A program made the position numbers and the translations under genes. Positions 16,409 through 25,167 of a stretch of 59,786 nt of DNA are shown here, piece by piece. Under the pieces are notes generated by a model. That model was not told the DNA's origin. It saw nothing but the letters and a program-made list of their open reading frames with translations, and did no database searches. The DNA comes from a virus (taxonomy: Duplodnaviria > Caudoviricetes), in the IMG/VR virus record IMGVR_UViG_3300027326_000002, positions 1 to 59,786 of that record. One strand, given 5' to 3'. Each line of letters opens with the position of its first letter. Within the stretch, counting starts at the first letter, position 1.

Positions 16409-17811
16409 CTGTCTGGCTCCCGCGTCCTTACCACCCGATGATGATCGAGCACGCGCTTGACCACCCGCGCTGCGCCCTGTGGGCCGGCATGGGCCTGGGC
16501 AAGACCTCCAGCATCTATGCGCTGCTGGCGGGCCTGGAGCTGGCCGGCGAGAGCGGGCCGACGTTGGTCATTGGCCCCAAGCGCGTGGCGCGCGACGTGT
16601 GGCCCAAGGAAGCCGCCAAGTGGGACAACTTCCGCCATTTCTGCGTGCAGCCGATCATCGGCTCGGCGGCCGAGCGCGCCGCGGCGCTGCGCAACGCCAA
16701 GGCCGACGTCTACACGATCAACTACGACAACATCCCGTGGCTCGTGCAGCAGCTGGGCGTGGGCAACTGCCCGTTTCGCAACATCGTTGCCGACGAGTCG
16801 ATCAAGCTCAAGAGCTTTCGCACGCGCCAGGGCGGCGTGCGTGCGAAGGCGCTGGCGTCGATCGCATTCCACAAGAACGTGCGGCGCTGGATTAACCTGA
16901 CCGGCGCGCCGGCGCCTAACGGCCTCAAAGACCTGTGGGGTCAGACCTGGTTCATCGACCAGGGCAAGCGTCTGGGGCACAGCTACTCGGCATTCGAGGA
17001 ACGTTGGTTCGGATTCAAGCGTGTGCAAGACGCGATCAATCGGCACCACACGCACGTGCAGCCGATCATCTTGCCGCATGCGCAAGCCGAGATCGAGGGC
17101 CTGCTGCAGGACGTCTGCCTGACCGTCGATCCCAAGGACTGGTTCGACCTGCGCGAGCCGATCGTGCGCCGCGTCGAGGTGGAGCTTCACGGCGATGCCT
17201 GGGCGCGCTATCGCGAGATGGAGCGCAACATGTTCACCGAGATCGAGGGCCACGAGATCGAGGCCTTTGCTGCGGCGGGCAAGACAATCAAGTGCTTGTC
17301 GCTGGCCTCGGGCGCGACCTACGTGGGCGAGAACAACGACTCGTGGGTTGTGACGCACGACGAGAAGATCGAGGCCCTGGAATCGATCGTCAACGAGGCC
17401 GGCGGCGCCCAGGTGCTGGTGGCCTACTTCTTTCGCTCGACCCTGGCACGCATGCTCAAGGCGTTCCCCGGCTCAGTGGACTTGTCGACCGTCGAAGGCA
17501 TGGACCGGTTCCAGGCTGGCCAGGCGCAGATCGGCTTCGGCCACCCGGCCAGCATGGGCCATGGCGTGGACGGCCTGCAGGCGCACTGCCACATCGCCGT
17601 CTTTGCCGACCAGTGGTGGAATTTCGATCAGCGCGACCAGTTCATCGCCCGCATCGGCCCCGTGCGCCAGCACCAGGCCGGTCACGATCGGCCGGTCTTC
17701 ATCTACGACATCGTCGGCAAAGACACCGTCGATGAACTCGTGCTCGAAAGGCACGCCACCAAGCGATCGGTGCAGGACATCCTGCTCGACGCCATGAAAA
17801 GGAAAAAGTGA
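16405..17811 (+). CDS. SNF2-family helicase
   Basis: GMGLGKT, ADES, LTGAPAPNGLKDLWGQ, HPASMGHGVDGLQ, QFIARI. Confidence 0.95.
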   Translation: MTVWLPRPYHPMMIEHALDHPRCALWAGMGLGKTSSIYALLAGLELAGESGPTLVIGPKRVARDVWPKEAAKWDNFRHFCVQPIIGSAAERAAALRNAKADVYTINYDNIPWLVQQLGVGNCPFRNIVADESIKLKSFRTRQGGVRAKALASIAFHKNVRRWINLTGAPAPNGLKDLWGQTWFIDQGKRLGHSYSAFEERWFGFKRVQDAINRHHTHVQPIILPHAQAEIEGLLQDVCLTVDPKDWFDLREPIVRRVEVELHGDAWARYREMERNMFTEIEGHEIEAFAAAGKTIKCLSLASGATYVGENNDSWVVTHDEKIEALESIVNEAGGAQVLVAYFFRSTLARMLKAFPGSVDLSTVEGMDRFQAGQAQIGFGHPASMGHGVDGLQAHCHIAVFADQWWNFDQRDQFIARIGPVRQHQAGHDRPVFIYDIVGKDTVDELVLERHATKRSVQDILLDAMKRKK

Positions 17812-18374
17812 TGCGGTGCGATAGGTGCGGCCACAGCTACAGCAAACACGATGCTGGTGTAGCAGGCAATGAGTTCCGCTGTCCGATCTGTTTCCCGGTC
17901 AGTACAGACCATCAGCGAAAGGAAAAAGTGATGCAGCCCAATTGCAATTTCAGCCCGGTCAACGGTGCCCCGTTTCACGAGCCTATGGGCGTCGATGCGT
18001 TGCGCGTCGACTCGCTCTATCGCGGCGCGTGGCTCTTCAACCCCTGGACGGGCTTGCGTCGCGCCTACGAGGACGTCGAATCCGATCCGCAGTGCCGGGC
18101 CGTGTGGATGGCTGAATGGGGCTCGCTGCTCGCGACGAGCGATTCCGAGACCAAAGCACCTACACCCGCGCTCGCGATACAGGTCGGCGGCTCGCACTAC
18201 AAGGACATGAAGATCCAGCCATTCGAATACATCCACGCCAACGCCATTCCCTGGGCCGAGGGGGAGATCATCAAATACGTGACCCGTTGGCGCGCCAAGG
18301 GTGGCATCGAGGACGTGAAGAAAGCGCGGCACGTTCTCGATCTTCTGATCGAAGCCGAAGCCAAGAACCGTTGA
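17811..18374 (+). CDS. DUF3310 (T7 gp1.7/SaV-like) protein with an N-terminal Zn-finger; second in-frame start at 17931
   Basis: QVGGSHYKDMKIQPFEYI...IIKYVTRWRAKGGIEDVKKARH; N-terminal CDRC...CPIC. Confidence 0.88.
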   Translation: MRCDRCGHSYSKHDAGVAGNEFRCPICFPVSTDHQRKEKVMQPNCNFSPVNGAPFHEPMGVDALRVDSLYRGAWLFNPWTGLRRAYEDVESDPQCRAVWMAEWGSLLATSDSETKAPTPALAIQVGGSHYKDMKIQPFEYIHANAIPWAEGEIIKYVTRWRAKGGIEDVKKARHVLDLLIEAEAKNR

Positions 18375-18406
18375 CACGGCTCGGCAGGCGTGTACCATGT
18401 GGTACG
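18371..18406 (+). promoter_or_regulatory. putative promoter/operator heading the glycosyltransferase cluster
   Basis: TTGACA (18371) followed by TGTACCATGTGGTACG, the same GTACCA-NN-TGGTAC palindrome as at 7513. Confidence 0.6.
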
Positions 18407-18429
18407 TGCCGACTTTAGAGGAGGTGGCC

Positions 18430-18657
18430 ATGCGTGACATGCTGTTCTCAACGCCGCTCGGGCCGATGCCCGGACTCAAGACTGAAGTCAAGCCGGCCCC
18501 CGAGCCTCAATGGCGACCCGTGGAAGGCCGGCCCCACGTCGAGACCGACGGCAAGAACCTGCGCACCAACCTGCCCACGTTCAACGGCGCGGGCATCGGC
18601 TCCAAGCCTGGTTGTTTCTGCGACAGCTGTGTGTTCTTTCGCAAGCTCGGCCAATGA
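18430..18657 (+). CDS. hypothetical protein
   Basis: GAGGAGG RBS. C-terminal CFCDSC. Confidence 0.65.
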   Translation: MRDMLFSTPLGPMPGLKTEVKPAPEPQWRPVEGRPHVETDGKNLRTNLPTFNGAGIGSKPGCFCDSCVFFRKLGQ

Positions 18658-19283
18658 CCTCCAAGCTCCTCGATTGGACGGGCCGCACGGCGGTCGTGAT
18701 CGCCAGCGGTCCGTCCCTGACGATTCGCAATTGCGTTGACGTCTCGGCGTGCGCGGACGTGCGGATGATCGCCGTCAACGCGTCGTTTTCGCGCGCACCG
18801 TGGGCTGAGGTTGTCTACATGGGCGACTACCAGGCTGTCAAGCTGTACAGCGCCAGCGTGCGGCGCGTCTGCGTTCCGTCCACGCAGCTCTGGACGTGCT
18901 CGCGCCTGGGCGCCGAGCAGCACCAGGCCCACTATGTCCAAGGTCTGACCCAGGAAGGCCTAGGCCGCCGCGGCGTGGCCATGAACGGCAACAGCGGCGC
19001 CCAGGCGGTCAACCTGGCGTTCCTGTTCGGCGCGCGCAAGATCATCCTCCTGGGCTTCGACATGAAGGCGGCGCCGGACGGCCGGCGCCACTGGCACGAC
19101 GAGCACCCCAAGCCGCTGGTGCAGGTCTCGCAGTTCGCCGAGTGGCTCCACAAATTCGCGGCCCTGGCCGACGATCTCAAGGCCGCTGGCTGCGATGTCG
19201 TCAACTGCACGCCCGACAGCGCGCTCACGTGCTTTCGGCGCGGCAACTTGCAGGAGGAACTCGCGTGCCCCGTGCGCACCTGA
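18654..19283 (+). CDS. DUF115/MptE/Maf-like (CMP-sugar transferase-like fold) protein
   Basis: AVVIASGPSL, IAVN, NSGAQAVNLAFLFGARKIILLGFDM, VVNCTP.SAL.CF. Confidence 0.8.
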   Translation: MTSKLLDWTGRTAVVIASGPSLTIRNCVDVSACADVRMIAVNASFSRAPWAEVVYMGDYQAVKLYSASVRRVCVPSTQLWTCSRLGAEQHQAHYVQGLTQEGLGRRGVAMNGNSGAQAVNLAFLFGARKIILLGFDMKAAPDGRRHWHDEHPKPLVQVSQFAEWLHKFAALADDLKAAGCDVVNCTPDSALTCFRRGNLQEELACPVRT

Positions 19284-20026
19284 AAATCCGGCCCGAGCCG
19301 TTCTATCGGCGCGAGGCTTTCGAAACCGGGCTCAAGCGTCACGGCTACACGTTCGAACGCGACTGGTTCGTACCGGAGTCGCGTGATGATTTGATGGTGC
19401 TGTGGAACCTGAAGGCCGGCGAGGAAGAATCGCTCGCGCGGACATTCGAACGCCGCGGCGGCACGGTGCTGGTCGTCGAGAACGGGTACCTACAGCGCGT
19501 GGACAAGACGCACTACGCCATCAGCACCCACGGCCATAACGGCAGCGGCTGGTTCCCGTTCGATTCGGGCGAGAACCGTTTCGCGCGCCTGGGCTTCCCG
19601 ATCTACCCACGTGGCCATTTCGGCGGCAAAGAGATCCTGGTCATCGCGCAGCGCGGCATCGGCTCGAGCCTCATGCGCAGCCCGCCGGGCTGGGCTGAGA
19701 CGACGGCGCGCAGTTGCCACGGCCGCGTGCGTCCGCACCCTGGCGTGCTACGGCCGCGGGTGCCGATTGCTGACGACCTGGCCAAGGCGCACACCTGCAT
19801 GATCTGGAGCTCGGCGTGCGGCGTGCTGGCGCTGACGATGGGCATGACCGTGACCTACAGCGCGCCGCGCTGGATCTGCGAGGACGCCACCGGACTCCCG
19901 AACGACAGCCAGCGCCAGCACGCGCTCAACAAGATGGCGCACGGTCAGTGGGCCGTGAGCGAGATCGCCGCGGGGACACCTTTCGCGCGGATGAAAGAAC
20001 AGAATTGGGGACCGAAGAGATGGTGA
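19265..20026 (+). CDS. capsule-synthesis (KpsS/KpsC-like) glycosyltransferase-like protein
   Basis: VVENGYL, ILVIAQRG, VRPHP, WSSACGVLAL..G, AHGQW..SEI..G. Confidence 0.65.
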   Translation: MPRAHLKIRPEPFYRREAFETGLKRHGYTFERDWFVPESRDDLMVLWNLKAGEEESLARTFERRGGTVLVVENGYLQRVDKTHYAISTHGHNGSGWFPFDSGENRFARLGFPIYPRGHFGGKEILVIAQRGIGSSLMRSPPGWAETTARSCHGRVRPHPGVLRPRVPIADDLAKAHTCMIWSSACGVLALTMGMTVTYSAPRWICEDATGLPNDSQRQHALNKMAHGQWAVSEIAAGTPFARMKEQNWGPKRW

Positions 20027-20280
20027 ATGAGAAGTTCGAACGCTGGGCTAAGAGCCAGGGCTACGACACGCTGCGGCTGACCGACGAGCCGGGCGACTAC
20101 GTCGACCCCATCACACGCGAGGCCTACAACATGTGGCACCTGGTCGCGGGCCGCTGCGCGCAGATCGCGGACGAGGGCATGCGCGCCATGAGCCGCGTCA
20201 AGGGTGAAGGCGCCGCGCGCTGTGCGGCCGCGATCCGCGACGCGTTCGGCCTGCCCCGGCCCAGGCCGACGAAGGGCTGA
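20020..20280 (+). CDS. hypothetical protein
   Basis: MVNEKFERWA..., overlapping its neighbours. Confidence 0.6.
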   Translation: MVNEKFERWAKSQGYDTLRLTDEPGDYVDPITREAYNMWHLVAGRCAQIADEGMRAMSRVKGEGAARCAAAIRDAFGLPRPRPTKG

Positions 20281-20282
20281 TC

Positions 20283-20990
20283 ATGCTGTACGCCTACCCC
20301 GTCCCTGGCAAAGCCAAGAGCAAGATGCTCTGCGAGGCGTTCATCGCCGGCGCGCCGAGCAGTGCCAAGGGCGCCGTCTTCTACGGCGTCAAGGCCGGCA
20401 ACGCCGAGGCCTGGCGCGCCGTCAAGCGCAGCGGCGAGGACTTCTACTGGATCGATAACAGCTACCTGGACCAGACCCGCGGCGTCATGTTCCGGGTCAC
20501 GAAAAACGCGCTGCAGTGCACGTCGATCGTGGACGGCGACGCGATGACGGACGGCCGACGGCTGCCCAGCATCGAACTCAAACCGTGGCGCGAGTTCGAC
20601 GCGCCAGGCTACACGCTGATCGTCGAGCAGTCCCAGGACCACATGGACTACGTCATCGACAACGCCAGCGAGTTCTACACGCTGTCCAAGTTCTACCAGG
20701 CCAAGCACCGCACCAAGGTGCGCCGCTGGTGCGCTGACAAGCCTCAGCTCATGACCACGCTGGCTGACGACCTGGCTGGCGCCAACCAGCTGGTCACGCA
20801 CACGAGCGCGGCCGCGGTGATGGCGATCCTGGCCGGCGTGCCTGTGATCTGCAACCAGCACTGCGTGGCCTTCGGCATGAACTACGCGCACGACATCGAC
20901 CGGTTGCGCTGGGCAGGGCTGCTGGCCGACAATCAATTTTCAATCGACGAACTCATGAATGGAACAGCATGGCAAGCGGTAAACCGTTGA
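20283..20990 (+). CDS. second capsule-synthesis-like glycosyltransferase (paralogue-like)
   Basis: YWIDNSYL, LKPWR, LVTHTSAAAVMAILAGVPV, LADNQFSIDELMNG. Confidence 0.7.
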   Translation: MLYAYPVPGKAKSKMLCEAFIAGAPSSAKGAVFYGVKAGNAEAWRAVKRSGEDFYWIDNSYLDQTRGVMFRVTKNALQCTSIVDGDAMTDGRRLPSIELKPWREFDAPGYTLIVEQSQDHMDYVIDNASEFYTLSKFYQAKHRTKVRRWCADKPQLMTTLADDLAGANQLVTHTSAAAVMAILAGVPVICNQHCVAFGMNYAHDIDRLRWAGLLADNQFSIDELMNGTAWQAVNR

Positions 20991-21535
20991 CTCCCTGGTT
21001 CGGCCACGACCGGACCCTCGCGCAGCAGATGATGGGCCTCGATCGGCTGTTCGCGCAGATCGAGGGCAAGACCGTGCTCGACGTCGGCTGCGCCGAGGGG
21101 CTCATCTCGATCGAGCTCGTGAAGTCAGGCGCCGCAAAAGTCCACGGCGTCGAGATTCGCATGGAAGCCGTGACCAACGCGACGCGCAACAAGCGCCGCA
21201 TGGTGGATGACTATCTACTCGAACAGTTATCGTTCAAGCTCGAAGACGCCAACACCTACGAGCCGCACGAGATGTTCAGCATCGTCTTGCTGCTGGCGGT
21301 GCTGCACAAACTCAAGAATCCGACGGCTGCATGCGCGCGCATCGTCAAGTACGCGACCGATCTCGTCGTGATTCGCCTGCCGCCCATGCACGCGCCCACG
21401 ATCATCGACGAGCGTTCGGGCAACCAGCCGCATCACATCGGCGTCACGATGGACAAGGCCGGGTTCGAGCTCGAGCACAGCAGTTACGACGGCCCGTTCG
21501 GCGAGTGGGTCGGCTACTACCGGAGGCGCAAGTGA
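20969..21535 (+). CDS. class I SAM-dependent methyltransferase
   Basis: VLDVGCAEG, VHGVE, VLLLAVLH. Confidence 0.88.
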   Translation: MASGKPLTPWFGHDRTLAQQMMGLDRLFAQIEGKTVLDVGCAEGLISIELVKSGAAKVHGVEIRMEAVTNATRNKRRMVDDYLLEQLSFKLEDANTYEPHEMFSIVLLLAVLHKLKNPTAACARIVKYATDLVVIRLPPMHAPTIIDERSGNQPHHIGVTMDKAGFELEHSSYDGPFGEWVGYYRRRK

Positions 21536-22038
21536 GCAAGCTCGTCCCCCTGTACCGCGAGATGGCCAAGGACGGCCTCTACTTTCGCGGCCTGTCGATC
21601 CTGCAGCACAAGGCGCAGATCGCCGAGATCATTCGCGAGCACGACGCGCACTCGCTGCTGGATTTCGGCTGCGGCGCAGGCGACGCCTACGCCGCCCCGC
21701 ACGAGGTGTGGAAGTCGTGGGGCGTCTCCAAGCTCAAGATCCGGCTCTACGATCCTGCCTTTCCCTACTGGCGCCACACAGTGACCGAGCGCTACGACGG
21801 CGTGCTGTGCTCCGACGTGCTCGAACACGTGCCCGAAGACGAGATCGACGAGTTCGTGCGCACGCTGTTTCGGCACGCGCGCAAGTTCGTCTGGGCATCG
21901 TTCTGCGCCCGGCCGGCCGGCAAGACGTTTCCCGACGGTACCAACCTGCATGTGACGCAGCGGCCGCTGCAGTGGTGGGAAGACACGTTCGGTGAGCGCT
22001 GCGCTGGCAAGCCCTTCTACCTGGTGGAAACGCCATGA
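21532..22038 (+). CDS. class I SAM-dependent methyltransferase
   Basis: LLDFGCGAG, YDP, YDGVLCSDVLEHVP, NLHVT..P.QWW. Confidence 0.88.
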   Translation: MSKLVPLYREMAKDGLYFRGLSILQHKAQIAEIIREHDAHSLLDFGCGAGDAYAAPHEVWKSWGVSKLKIRLYDPAFPYWRHTVTERYDGVLCSDVLEHVPEDEIDEFVRTLFRHARKFVWASFCARPAGKTFPDGTNLHVTQRPLQWWEDTFGERCAGKPFYLVETP

Positions 22039-22808
22039 CCGGCGAGCGCAAGTTCGAGGCCATCACCACCTGCAACGCCACGGGCTGGACGGAGTACGGC
22101 CGACGCATGGCGCAGGCGTTCGTGCACTACTGGCCGGCGCAGGTGCCGCTCCATGTTTACGCCGAAGGCTTCGACGCGTTGCCCTACGCCAGCCGCGAGT
22201 TGCCGGTGTGGCTGGACATCTTCAAGGCCAAGCACGGCAAGAGCAAGCGCGCCTGCGGCAAGCCAGCCGGTGGCGGCGTCTACAACTACCGCTTCGACGC
22301 GATCCGCTTCGCCCACAAGACAGCCGCGGTGATCGACGCGGCCGAGCGCAGCGAGGCGGACGTCCTGATCTGGATCGACGCCGATACCGTCACGCATTCG
22401 CAGGTCACGCTCGATTTTCTGCGTGAGCTGGCACCGGGCACGGTGCAGGTGATCTCGTGGCTCGATCGCCAGAGCAAGTACCCCGAGTGCGGCTTCTACA
22501 TGCTCAACCTGCGCCACGAGATGACGCAGGTCCTGATTCGCGAGTGGAAGGCGTTGTACCTGAGCGGCACGCTCTTTCACTTTGCCGAATGGCACGACAG
22601 CTATGTCTTGGAGCAGCTGGTGTTGAGCATGAAGCTGCCGCGCAAGTCGATCAGTGGTGCCGGCTACAACCACAGCCATCCGTTCATCAACGGCCCGCTG
22701 GGCGACGTCATGGACCACATGAAGGGCGACCGCAAGGTCAAGGGTCACTCGCGCGCCAAGGATCTGAAGATCCCGCGCAACGAGGCCTACTGGAAAGGCG
22801 TGAAATGA
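22035..22808 (+). CDS. GT-A fold glycosyltransferase
   Basis: DAIRFAHK, LIWIDAD (DxD), ECGF, EWHDSY, DHMKG.RK. Confidence 0.8.
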   Translation: MTGERKFEAITTCNATGWTEYGRRMAQAFVHYWPAQVPLHVYAEGFDALPYASRELPVWLDIFKAKHGKSKRACGKPAGGGVYNYRFDAIRFAHKTAAVIDAAERSEADVLIWIDADTVTHSQVTLDFLRELAPGTVQVISWLDRQSKYPECGFYMLNLRHEMTQVLIREWKALYLSGTLFHFAEWHDSYVLEQLVLSMKLPRKSISGAGYNHSHPFINGPLGDVMDHMKGDRKVKGHSRAKDLKIPRNEAYWKGVK

Positions 22809-23485
22809 GAGTCATCATCGGGCACGACCATCGCGAGCCTGAGGCCACGCGCGTGGCCCTGAAATCGCTGCGCAAGTTCGGGATCGAGGGCGAGGTGCTG
22901 GCCACGCCCAAGCTGCGCGCGCAGGGCCTGTTCTGGCGGCCCGAGGACACGCGCGGCGGCCAGCGCTACGACTTCACGAGCCAGGCGCCGTGTGCCACCG
23001 AGTTCTCGAACTCGCGCTTTTTGACGCCGATCCTGGGCACAGGGTTCGTGCTGTTCGTCGATGCCGACGTGGTGTTCCTCGGAGATCCGCGCGCGCTGCT
23101 CACCGAGATCAAATCCGAGCACGCGGTCTCAGTCGTCAAGCACCCCCATGGGCTACAGGCGCCGGGACGCAAGATGGACAATCAGGTTCAGACGGCCTAC
23201 GACCGCAAGAACTGGTCGAGCGTGATGCTGTTCAACTGCGACCATCCGGCCAACCGCCGGCTGTCGCTGCGCGACGTCAACGAACGCCCTGGCCGCGACC
23301 TGCACGCGTTCTACTGGCTGCACGACGAAGAGATCGGCGAGCTGTGGAAGGGCTGGAACTGGCTCGTGGGCGAGCAGCCCCGGCCGCAGCCGCTGCTTAT
23401 CGCGCACTTCACGCTCGGCGGCCCGTTCACACCAGGCTGGCTCGGCGGCCCGCACGACGAGATTTGGCTGGAGGCTGCGCGATGA
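22805..23485 (+). CDS. GT-A fold (GT8-like) glycosyltransferase
   Basis: IGHDHRE, TEFSNSRFLTP, FVDAD, RKNWSSVMLFNC, WNWLVG, HFTLGGP. Confidence 0.88.
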   Translation: MRVIIGHDHREPEATRVALKSLRKFGIEGEVLATPKLRAQGLFWRPEDTRGGQRYDFTSQAPCATEFSNSRFLTPILGTGFVLFVDADVVFLGDPRALLTEIKSEHAVSVVKHPHGLQAPGRKMDNQVQTAYDRKNWSSVMLFNCDHPANRRLSLRDVNERPGRDLHAFYWLHDEEIGELWKGWNWLVGEQPRPQPLLIAHFTLGGPFTPGWLGGPHDEIWLEAAR

Positions 23486-23928
23486 CCAGCGGCTATATCT
23501 GGGTGGGCGAGTCGGCGACGCGCTGGTGTGACCGCAATCTCGTCGAGAGTCCTTTTCGATACGCACTCGTCACCAGCGAAGACGCCTACTACGAAGAGTG
23601 CGCAAAGTTCGGCGTCTCGCGCATGGAAGCCGGTGTTTGGCTGGGCAAGGACTCAGGTGCCACGACCAGTCATCTCGTGAACGACGCCGGCGACAAGCTG
23701 ATCATCGTGTCGATCGACGCGGCCCGTGCCATCGCCAAGAGCCACAGCGGGATCCAGGTTGCCGCGTTGTTGGTACACGAAGCCGTGCACGTGTTCCAGG
23801 CCGTCTGCAGGCAAATCGGCGAGGACAGCCCGAGCTCAGAATTCGAGGCTTACTCCGTCCAGTGGATTGCCCAGGAACTCATGGAGCAGTACAGTGCGCA
23901 GGTCGTAAAACCGGCGCTCGGAGGCTGA
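23482..23928 (+). CDS. HExxH-containing hypothetical protein
   Basis: LLVHEAVH...EFEAY. Confidence 0.7.
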   Translation: MTSGYIWVGESATRWCDRNLVESPFRYALVTSEDAYYEECAKFGVSRMEAGVWLGKDSGATTSHLVNDAGDKLIIVSIDAARAIAKSHSGIQVAALLVHEAVHVFQAVCRQIGEDSPSSEFEAYSVQWIAQELMEQYSAQVVKPALGG

Positions 23929-23934
23929 AAGATC

Positions 23935-24150
23935 ATGGCCAAACTGACCACCAAGGCGCGCAAGGCGCTGCCCGAGTCCACGTTCGGAGAGCCCGGCAAG
24001 CGGGCCTATCCGATGCCGGACAAAAGTCACGCCGCGAACGCGAAGGCCCGTGCTTCGCAAGCGGTCAACGCGGGCCGCATGAGCCCGTCCACCGAGTCCA
24101 AGATCGACGCGAAGGCGAACAAGGTCTTGGGCAAATCGAAAGGCAAGTGA
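23935..24150 (+). CDS. small basic protein (DUF6582-like pattern)
   Basis: LTTKARKALP.S.F..PG.R.YPMPD..HA.NA. Confidence 0.75.
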   Translation: MAKLTTKARKALPESTFGEPGKRAYPMPDKSHAANAKARASQAVNAGRMSPSTESKIDAKANKVLGKSKGK

Positions 24151-24308
24151 TGAAAGCCAAACCCGCATTCATGGATTCCGAGATGCCCTCGGGCAAGCCG
24201 ATCGCCAAGGGCGCCGGCGCCAAGAAGGGCGCTCCCAAGATGCCCGTGGCCAAGGGCGTGCCGCCCAAGGTCAAGGCCGGCAAGGCAGGCGCGAAAAAGG
24301 GCGCCTGA
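24150..24308 (+). CDS. small Lys/Ala/Gly-rich basic protein
   Basis: MKAKPAF...KAGAKKGA, coupled to the previous stop. Confidence 0.6.
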   Translation: MKAKPAFMDSEMPSGKPIAKGAGAKKGAPKMPVAKGVPPKVKAGKAGAKKGA

Positions 24309-24328
24309 AAGCGCCCTTTGCGAGGATC

Positions 24329-24357
24329 GACGCCGCCTTCGGGCGGCGTTGTCGTTT
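24329..24357 (+). terminator. intrinsic terminator between convergent blocks
   Basis: GACGCCGCC-TTCG-GGCGGCGTT followed by GTCGTTT. Confidence 0.75.
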
Positions 24358-24845
24358 CACGGTGGCTTCAGCGCGTCGTAGTCGCGAGCGCAGAGCTCGC
24401 CGCCTGACTCGAGGCAGTCGGCGTACCTGGCGAGGTCTCGAGCTGCGTCGACAGCCCGGAAGTACACGTCGGCTGGCACCATGCCGGGCGGGGGCACGCT
24501 GCTGGCCGCGCTCGCGCCGGCAGATCCGGCACGGACGGCAGCGATGGGACGCTGGGCCCCATATCGGTCGCGCAGCCGCTGCACAGTAGCGTCAAGGCCG
24601 CGAGCAGCATCGGCGCGGGCCGCGTCCAGGCGTGTGACTTCATTGGCGTTCTCCTGCTGAGTTCGAGCCTGCGCATCGCGCGCAGCCTGGTTGGCGGCCG
24701 CCTGGCGCGCGTTGGCTTCACGTTGCTCGGCAATGTCGGCGTCGTGTTGCTGGCTCGTGACGTGGTGATGCCAGGCAGCGTAGCCGCCCAGCAGTGCCAG
24801 CACCAGCAGCCCGATGCCGATCAGCCTGAGCTCGAAGGTGCTCAC
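24357..24845 (-). CDS. i-spanin (Rz-like)
   Basis: N-terminal TM segment and Ala/Gln coiled coil; ends C...C.RDYDAL. Confidence 0.8.
   Translation of the reverse strand: MSTFELRLIGIGLLVLALLGGYAAWHHHVTSQQHDADIAEQREANARQAAANQAARDAQARTQQENANEVTRLDAARADAARGLDATVQRLRDRYGAQRPIAAVRAGSAGASAASSVPPPGMVPADVYFRAVDAARDLARYADCLESGGELCARDYDALKPP
24368..24643 (-). CDS. o-spanin (Rz1-like) embedded in Rz
   Basis: LLAALTLLCSG-C lipobox, Pro-rich, alternate frame inside Rz. Confidence 0.75.
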   Translation of the reverse strand: MKSHAWTRPAPMLLAALTLLCSGCATDMGPSVPSLPSVPDLPARARPAACPRPAWCQPTCTSGLSTQLETSPGTPTASSQAASSALATTTR

Positions 24846-25159
24846 GTGTTCGGCGGCGGATTGCCGGAGAGCATCGCCGCGGCATGCGCGCGCATGGCGT
24901 CCTTGCGGGCCATGGTGGCGGTGGCCTGGGCGATCTTGGCCTGTTCGGTCGACTTGTCGGTCGTCCAGGCCACGACGGACGTCAGCGCGTTGACGGCGTC
25001 GGCCTCGGCCTGTGCTTCGACGTCGCGGATCTTGCCGACGATGCTGGTCTCGATCGTCTTGGGCGTGGCCGTCGGCCACTTGACGTGGATGAAGTGCACC
25101 GCGATGGCGGTGACGATCACCGCGGCGATCAGCAAGAGGATGATGTTGGTCTGGTCCAT
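24842..25159 (-). CDS. membrane-anchored protein in the lysis cassette
   Basis: MDQTNIILLLIAAVIVTAIAVHF. Confidence 0.7.
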   Translation of the reverse strand: MDQTNIILLLIAAVIVTAIAVHFIHVKWPTATPKTIETSIVGKIRDVEAQAEADAVNALTSVVAWTTDKSTEQAKIAQATATMARKDAMRAHAAAMLSGNPPPNT

Positions 25160-25167
25160 GGTTGCTC

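Noticed and set aside
20969-22038. DNA methyltransferases
   Set aside because: They lack DPPY/NPPY or PC catalytic motifs and resemble sugar or small-molecule MTases in a GT context.
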